From: Candidatus Mediterraneibacter vanvlietii | GTDB lineage: Bacteria; Bacillota; Clostridia; Lachnospirales; Lachnospiraceae | DNA length: 64,000 bases | NCBI GenBank assembly: GCA_019113645.1 | Contig: DXGZ01000027.1 | Location: 11,461-75,460, forward strand | Direction: 5' to 3' | Part shown: positions 58,822 to 64,000 of the stretch, piece after piece | How positions within the stretch are numbered: the stretch's first letter is position 1 | Layout of the letters: each line of letters opens with the position of its first letter | Made by a program: the position numbers and the translations under genes | The notes under the pieces: model-generated | Database searches by the model: none | Seen by the model: the letters and a program-made list of their open reading frames with translations, nothing else | Told to the model about the DNA's origin: nothing

Positions 58822-59308
58822 TGTTCAGATTTTCTATCTGCGTCAGAATCTCCCTCACATCTGCGCAGAACTCTGCCCCCTCTTTCTTCAGTTCTTCTGT
58901 TTTTTTCTTATATTCCTGTTCCTTCTTCAGATATTCGTTCTGAAGCTGTTCGATCTGCTTTTCAATCTCCGCAGCCCTCGCCCGCGCTTCTTCTACGATG
59001 CCGGTCGCTTCCTCTTCCGCTTTCTTCAGCACATGCTCTCTGTACTCGTTGATCTGAGACATGCTGTCGATAATCTCTTCACTCTTCTTCTGGTATTCGT
59101 TCTGAATCTCCCGGGCATTGTCATTCATGTGTTCTTTCTCTTCGGTAAGGCTCCTGATGATCTGCTCGTATTTATTACTGATGATACTGATATGCTCCAT
59201 CGCACTCTCTTCATCAATTCCTCCCAGAGCCTTTTTCCGAAATTCCATATTCTCAATATAACGGGCTATTTCCGTCATCTCCGGTATCTGTTCTAAATCC
59301 ATACTCAC
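58805..59308 (-). CDS. coiled-coil protein, DivIVA-domain-like N-terminus
   Basis: 167 aa. FRKKALGGIDEESAMEHI resembles the DivIVA N-terminal motif. The rest is E/K-rich coiled coil. Confidence 0.4.
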   Translation of the reverse strand: MSMDLEQIPEMTEIARYIENMEFRKKALGGIDEESAMEHISIISNKYEQIIRSLTEEKEHMNDNAREIQNEYQKKSEEIIDSMSQINEYREHVLKKAEEEATGIVEEARARAAEIEKQIEQLQNEYLKKEQEYKKKTEELKKEGAEFCADVREILTQIENLNNGTEE

Positions 59309-59523
59309 TCCTGTAATGCTGCTGTATTCTGTCAGAAGGATCCCCTTCGCCTATAACTATATCACATTACAGTAGATTTTAACATATTTTTATGAAAATT
59401 TGACTCATTTTACATACACATTACACAATCCATTACACTTAGACGGCAAATTATATGTCTGTTCAGTGATTTGTAAACTCCTCCTGAACTTGGTTTTTGT
59501 TAGTCTGTTCCGCTTTGTGAGCT

Positions 59524-59852
59524 TTGCAAAGACAGCGTCCATGCAGGGCTGCGCGGCCGGCAGATTTCTCCTTTCCCTCCGGGCATACGGCAGTATCTTT
59601 CACTGCTGTCTCCGCACTTTTCTGTACCTGTGAAAGGAAGGCCCGCAGGCTGCTTCCCCTGCTGCCGGAACATCAAAGAACCGGAAAGCTATGGCTTCCG
59701 GCTCTGATCCTCGCAATATTGATTTCTCTCTCAAGACTTTATTTCTCTATGTACATTACCCTACCGATATAGCAGGCGGTATTGTTGTTGGGATTTTTTC
59801 AGGTTATGCAGCGTATTGGCTCGCCGGCCGGCTGGGACAGGCAGTCTCCTGA
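59524..59852 (+). pseudogene. PAP2-family phosphatase remnant (5'-truncated and frameshifted)
   Basis: One frame gives RP......SFPSGHTAVSF and ...LSRLYFSM, then stops at 59770-72. The next frame (from 59751) continues VHYPTDIAGGIVVGIFSGYAAYWLAG to the stop at 59850-52. The SR-x5-H-x3-D motif is therefore split by a frameshift, and there is no room for the N-terminal TM helices. Confidence 0.55.
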
Positions 59853-59912
59853 CATTTTACAATTTCAGGAGACAAAAAGAACCCGAGAACCATCAATTTC
59901 CCGGGCTGTAAG

Positions 59913-59984
59913 AGGCGCAGACCGGATTTGAACCGGTGCATCAGGGTGTTGCAGACCCACGCCTTACCGCTTGGCTACTGCGCC
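59913..59984 (-). tRNA. tRNA-Cys (anticodon GCA)
   Basis: Hand-folded: acceptor GGCGCAG/CTGCGCC, 3-bp D stem, anticodon loop CTGCAAC, T arm ACCGG-TTCAAAT-CCGGT. It is followed on the minus strand by a terminator (cccgggaaattgatggttctcggg plus a T run). Confidence 0.85.
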
Positions 59985-60031
59985 ATATTATATTTTAAAC
60001 ACGCAGTGCATGAATCAGCACATGCGTGTAA

Positions 60032-60103
60032 TGACCCCGACGGGAATCGAACCCGTGTTACCGCCGTGAAAGGGCGATGTCTTAACCGCTTGACCACGGG
60101 GCC
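60032..60103 (-). tRNA. tRNA-Glu (anticodon TTC)
   Basis: Hand-folded: acceptor GGCCCCG/CGGGGTC, anticodon arm TCGCC-CTTTCAC-GGCGG, T arm ACGGG-TTCGATT-CCCGT. Confidence 0.85.
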
Positions 60104-60247
60104 ATAATACGGTCACCGCCTCCGCAGTGACCGTCCTATATGTTAGCATACAGTAAAAATAAATGCAAGCACTTTTTTCATTTTATTAATATTTTTTCAT
60201 TTTCATACGCTGAGCGCCTATATATAAGGAAAACAGCGACTCAGCAC

Positions 60248-61210
60248 TCAGACTTCATAGTCCTCTTTTGTGAACGGAATGTCAAATGTCTTCATCACTT
60301 CCTCTATCTGCTCCACATTTTTCGGACCGTAAAGAGGTGCGCAGTCAAAATCCTGCTGCCCGAAAAATCCAAGAACAACCTGTGAGACCGTTGCGCCGTA
60401 TCTCTCACAGAGTTCCTTCACGCGCCCCGCCACTCTCCGGTTTCCTTCCGTATAATACGGGCTGCTCTTCACCGTATCTTCTCCTCTGGTTATATATTTA
60501 TGGAAGAAACCGCTGCATACGCCCATATATGGCATCAGAAGATTTCCTGGATTTTCCTTATGATATTCCTGCATCTCTTTATCCGCATAGGCAAGTGTAT
60601 CATCCTCCAGTGGATTCATGTATTTATATCCCAGGTTATACAGACTCTGATTCGCGGCAAATCCACGGTATCCATGTGCCCGGCAATACGCGTCCGCCTC
60701 CTTCATCCTGGAAGTTGACCAGTTCGAACATGCATAATAACGTATCTTTCCCTGACGTCTGAACTCCTCCATAATCTCTACCAGCTCTTCAACCGGCTGT
60801 TCCGTATTATCCCTGTGATAGAAATAAAGGTCAATATAATCTGTCCCCAGCTTTTCCAGTGAAGAGTTCAGATCAGACTGCATATCCGCTTTTGTCATGC
60901 GGCTCAGATGAAGATCCGGATTCTCCACTGTCATATCCGGATGCCCGCCTTTTGTCGCGATTACTATCTGCTGCCTCTTTCCGCTTCTTCGCAGCCAGTC
61001 TCCGATCGTCCTCTCGCTTCTCGCGCGCTCCGGCTTAACCCAGTCTGAGTACACATGTGCTGTATCGATCAGATTTCCGCCATAATATAAAAATGCGTCA
61101 AAAATCCGGTCAGCATCCGCGCCGTCCCACGCAAGCCCTGCATTCACAGCGCCCAAACCGATCGGAAACAGCTCAATATCCGTATCCTGTATCATGATTC
61201 TTTTCTCCAT
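60248..61210 (-). CDS. aldo/keto reductase
   Basis: ~320 aa with an AKR pattern (IDTAHVYSD..., DLYFYHRDN, GKIRYYACSNW). I chose the ATG at 61210 (ggagg RBS). Confidence 0.85.
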   Translation of the reverse strand: MEKRIMIQDTDIELFPIGLGAVNAGLAWDGADADRIFDAFLYYGGNLIDTAHVYSDWVKPERARSERTIGDWLRRSGKRQQIVIATKGGHPDMTVENPDLHLSRMTKADMQSDLNSSLEKLGTDYIDLYFYHRDNTEQPVEELVEIMEEFRRQGKIRYYACSNWSTSRMKEADAYCRAHGYRGFAANQSLYNLGYKYMNPLEDDTLAYADKEMQEYHKENPGNLLMPYMGVCSGFFHKYITRGEDTVKSSPYYTEGNRRVAGRVKELCERYGATVSQVVLGFFGQQDFDCAPLYGPKNVEQIEEVMKTFDIPFTKEDYEV

Positions 61211-61356
61211 GTGCAATTCCTCCGTATCCCCGTCTTCTTCTGTCTCTTCGATGCCTCCGTCCGCAGCTCACTTCTTTGTCACTGCTCCTTCACTACTGCG
61301 TCGCTGCTTCGCCCGCAGACTTCCATAATCCTTCGGCATCAGTCTTTTCTTCCTTA

Positions 61357-61980
61357 TTATATCGCACTACGCCTGCCTCTGTCCATCAGCTTGCAGAATA
61401 TCACCGCCACCCCCGTGCTTACCGCCGTCGCCGCAATCCCGGCTCCGACGATTGCCGCCGGATTCGGACTCCCGTATTGACTCCGGTACGCAATCACATT
61501 GACCGGTATCAGCTGCAGTGACGAGATATTAATAATAAGAAATGTGCACATCTCATTGCTGGCAATTCCTTTTCGGCGCTCAATTCCGCTCACTTTTCCA
61601 TTTCTTCTGTCATCTTCCAGTTTTCCAAGTTCTTCCATAGCCTTTAATCCTGCCGGCGTTGCCGCCCAGCCAAGCCCCAGGAAATTCGCAATAAAGTTCG
61701 CAGCTATATACGCTTCTGCCTTGTGCCCCCTCGGCAGTCCCGGAAACAGGAAACGGAGCAGCGGACGCATTCTGGCCGAAGCCATCTCGATAATTTCAGC
61801 TTTCGAAGCAATCTCCATAATCCCCATCCAGAACGCCATCACCCCGATCATGGTAATGCACAGTGTCACCGCCTCTTTCGAAGAATCCAGCGCTGCATTT
61901 GTAATGTCCTGCATTTTTCCATTGAAAGCGCCAAATACAATTCCTACCAGAATCATCCCCGCCCACAGATAATTCAGCAT
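61357..61980 (-). CDS. nucleoside recognition domain protein, SpmA-like (spore maturation protein A family)
   Basis: MLNYLWAGMILVGIVFGAFNGKM...VTLCITMIGVMAFWMGIMEIA is typical of SpmA. Confidence 0.7.
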   Translation of the reverse strand: MLNYLWAGMILVGIVFGAFNGKMQDITNAALDSSKEAVTLCITMIGVMAFWMGIMEIASKAEIIEMASARMRPLLRFLFPGLPRGHKAEAYIAANFIANFLGLGWAATPAGLKAMEELGKLEDDRRNGKVSGIERRKGIASNEMCTFLIINISSLQLIPVNVIAYRSQYGSPNPAAIVGAGIAATAVSTGVAVIFCKLMDRGRRSAI

Positions 61981-61986
61981 ATAATC

Positions 61987-63765
61987 TCACCTCTGCTCTT
62001 CGCCTGTCATTTTCCACATATAATCCTCCACAATATCAAACGGCGCCGGACCTACTTTCAATACCGCCTCGTGGAATTCTTTCTGGGAGAAATCATCCCC
62101 CATCTCCCTGACCCAGTCTTTCTTCAGTTTCAGGAATTCTACATATCCGATATAGTATTTCAGATAATTTGCCGGAGAACCGATGATCAGGTCGTAAATC
62201 CGTTCCACCGCCTCGGCATCGGTAATTCCATATGCACTGAAAAAAGCAGCCGTATCCATCCGGCTCCAGCCATCATAATGAATACCGATATCTGCGAGTG
62301 CATAGAGCCCCAATATAATAGAACTGTTTTTCTGAAGGAGAGTCGCCTGCTCTTTTGAGAGTGGTGCAAGATAATAACTTCCCATTTCCGCATAAGTTGC
62401 CCACCCTTCCACATACCCTCCGAAATCAAGCACGCTTCGAATCGGCTCCGGATCCGTACTCTCATAATAAACCGTCTGATACAAATGTCCCGGATATCCT
62501 TCATGGGCAAGCGTTGTAAACAGCGTCAGATCATCTCCCATCTGCGCCTGGTTGATATAGATAACATTTTCTTCCGTATTGTCGATTGCCGGGATCATAT
62601 AGAACGCCGGACTGAGATGTTCCTCCATCTCTTCCGGTACAAATTTAACCTCCAGCGACACTTCCGGCGCTTCCGGAAACGCATTTTTCAGCTCTTCTCT
62701 CAGATGGCTCAGGATCAGTTCCGCTGACTCCTGCTCCATGGAAGCCGCAGCCTCCTGCGCCTCATCCGCAGTGATTCCCAGCACCTCCTCCATCGCTTCC
62801 AGATCATCCGTTATCTGCCTTCTGGTCAGATCCCTCATCTCCTCAACAGACCGGTCAGATCCCGTAGCCATCTGAACCGCCAGTTCATAATATTCCTCTC
62901 CTCCGGGCAAATAAACCAGTCCCTTTTCATTTTTCCCACTCCCCTTGAGGTTTTGGATCTCAGAAATCAGTTTCTCATAAGCAGGAATCACATAATCATT
63001 TACCATAAGCGCATTATCCTGTATATAGTCACTTTTTTCTTTCTCATCGAGTTCATCCACATCTTCAATCCTGTCCGCAAAAGTAGAATAAAGATAATTG
63101 CTGTTCCCCATATCAATAAATGCCTGACATTGCTCTGCCACCTGGTCTGCGGCATAATCCGGCATAAATAATCCTGCCTCTGACTTCTCGCGTTCAAACC
63201 GGATCAAACTGTCGAAATATTCACCTGTAGTCTTAAGCAGAGCAAGATAAGTGTCCACATCTTCCCGGTCATAAAACTGATACTCGGACAGTACAACCGG
63301 CAGCTGTGTCTGTACACCGCTCACAAGCCCCAGCGGCTCCTCATAAAGCAGATAATCCGCGCACCGGTTCATCATCCTGAGCTGATAGATCAGGATGTCA
63401 TATGTAAGTTTATTCTGCGTATCCAATTCATCATACGCAATCTCCAGCAGCGCCTGACGCATATTTTCCGCAGCAGCCTTCACAGCATCTGAATTACTCT
63501 CATAACTCCCAAAAGTAACATCTGATTCCAGGATGCCGTATTTCTCCGGCTCCTTCAGCGTATAGTGGAGGTTAACTGTATTGGACGCTGCCTGACTTCG
63601 GAACAGCTCTTCCGCGTATTCCTCAAATTCCGCATCAGCATCGCCCTGATCTTTCATACTGCAGCCTGCTGTAAACAGCGACTCGAAAACCACAAAAGCA
63701 GTTACAATAACACATATATATTTCTTTCTATGTTTTTTTCTTTCTCTCAATCCACTTGGCAGCAT
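61987..63765 (-). CDS. DUF885 family lipoprotein
   Basis: Lipobox FTAGC near the N-terminus and HEGYPGHLYQ, the conserved DUF885 motif. Confidence 0.75.
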   Translation of the reverse strand: MLPSGLRERKKHRKKYICVIVTAFVVFESLFTAGCSMKDQGDADAEFEEYAEELFRSQAASNTVNLHYTLKEPEKYGILESDVTFGSYESNSDAVKAAAENMRQALLEIAYDELDTQNKLTYDILIYQLRMMNRCADYLLYEEPLGLVSGVQTQLPVVLSEYQFYDREDVDTYLALLKTTGEYFDSLIRFEREKSEAGLFMPDYAADQVAEQCQAFIDMGNSNYLYSTFADRIEDVDELDEKEKSDYIQDNALMVNDYVIPAYEKLISEIQNLKGSGKNEKGLVYLPGGEEYYELAVQMATGSDRSVEEMRDLTRRQITDDLEAMEEVLGITADEAQEAAASMEQESAELILSHLREELKNAFPEAPEVSLEVKFVPEEMEEHLSPAFYMIPAIDNTEENVIYINQAQMGDDLTLFTTLAHEGYPGHLYQTVYYESTDPEPIRSVLDFGGYVEGWATYAEMGSYYLAPLSKEQATLLQKNSSIILGLYALADIGIHYDGWSRMDTAAFFSAYGITDAEAVERIYDLIIGSPANYLKYYIGYVEFLKLKKDWVREMGDDFSQKEFHEAVLKVGPAPFDIVEDYMWKMTGEEQR

Positions 63766-63915
63766 ACAATCTCCAGATTACTTTTTACTGCATTTTATGA
63801 GCGCCATCAACTCTATATGCCCTGACATACATTTATAAGTCACTGCAGGCATCCATAAATCTCCCCTGTCATGCATATAAATAAATCATTACCACCCGTA
63901 TACAGGAGGCACCTA

Positions 63916-64000
63916 ATGAACATACTGGTATATATCTCAGATTACATCGTTCCTTTTCTCATTCTCAGCATAGTAATCTATGGGCTGCTGTCACGCATTA
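63916..64000 (+). CDS. N-terminus of a membrane protein (possibly nucleoside-recognition/SpmB-like), truncated by the window edge
   Basis: aggagg RBS 6 nt upstream of the ATG. MNILVYISDYIVPFLILSIVIYGLLSRI is hydrophobic. Only 28 codons are visible. Confidence 0.3.
   Translation, partial: MNILVYISDYIVPFLILSIVIYGLLSRI

Noticed and set aside
61211-61356. Expected spmB gene downstream of the SpmA-like gene
   Set aside because: Only ~145 bp separate the SpmA-like stop from the aldo/keto reductase start, and they contain no ORF. SpmB is therefore not encoded here. The partial ORF at 63916 might be a relative, but too little of it is visible to call.

Overview
This 64-kb chromosomal window appears to come from an anaerobic Firmicute of the class Clostridia. 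The evidence is the conserved cysE-cysS-mrnC-rlmB-sigH block with a Cys T-box leader, Cheo-type SOS boxes, a SpmA-like gene, an indolepyruvate oxidoreductase cluster and Gram-positive RBS usage. It looks Lachnospiraceae-like, but I cannot verify that without a database. About 85% of the window is ordinary, mostly minus-strand housekeeping:
- fprA, purA, glnS, dtd, ispF and single-chain purL
- ptsH-ptsI and cspA
- two copies of paaK plus ACT-domain genes flanking iorAB
- rplY
- a trehalose PTS operon with treR
- lepB, an aldo/keto reductase and six tRNA genes

The unusual content falls into four groups.
1. Three large non-coding nested palindromes (hairpins arranged as an inverted repeat around a palindromic core). 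Two are clearly homologous to each other (1511-2577 and 39521-40409) and show compensatory substitutions in their stems. The third (48826-49535) has the same architecture but a different sequence.
2. A short HipA-like kinase with an HTH-fusion partner, bracketed by ~240-bp direct repeats that themselves look structured.
3. An MNT/HEPN toxin-antitoxin cassette sitting between two identical, convergently oriented tRNA-Met genes.
4. A putative SOS-controlled radical-SAM / TIGR03915 pair followed by a PD-(D/E)XK-XPD/DinG nuclease-helicase.

I saw no CRISPR array, rRNA, transposase, integrase or phage structural gene. All calls come from reading the sequence and ORF translations by eye. No searches were run, so family names are recognitions from motifs, not database hits.
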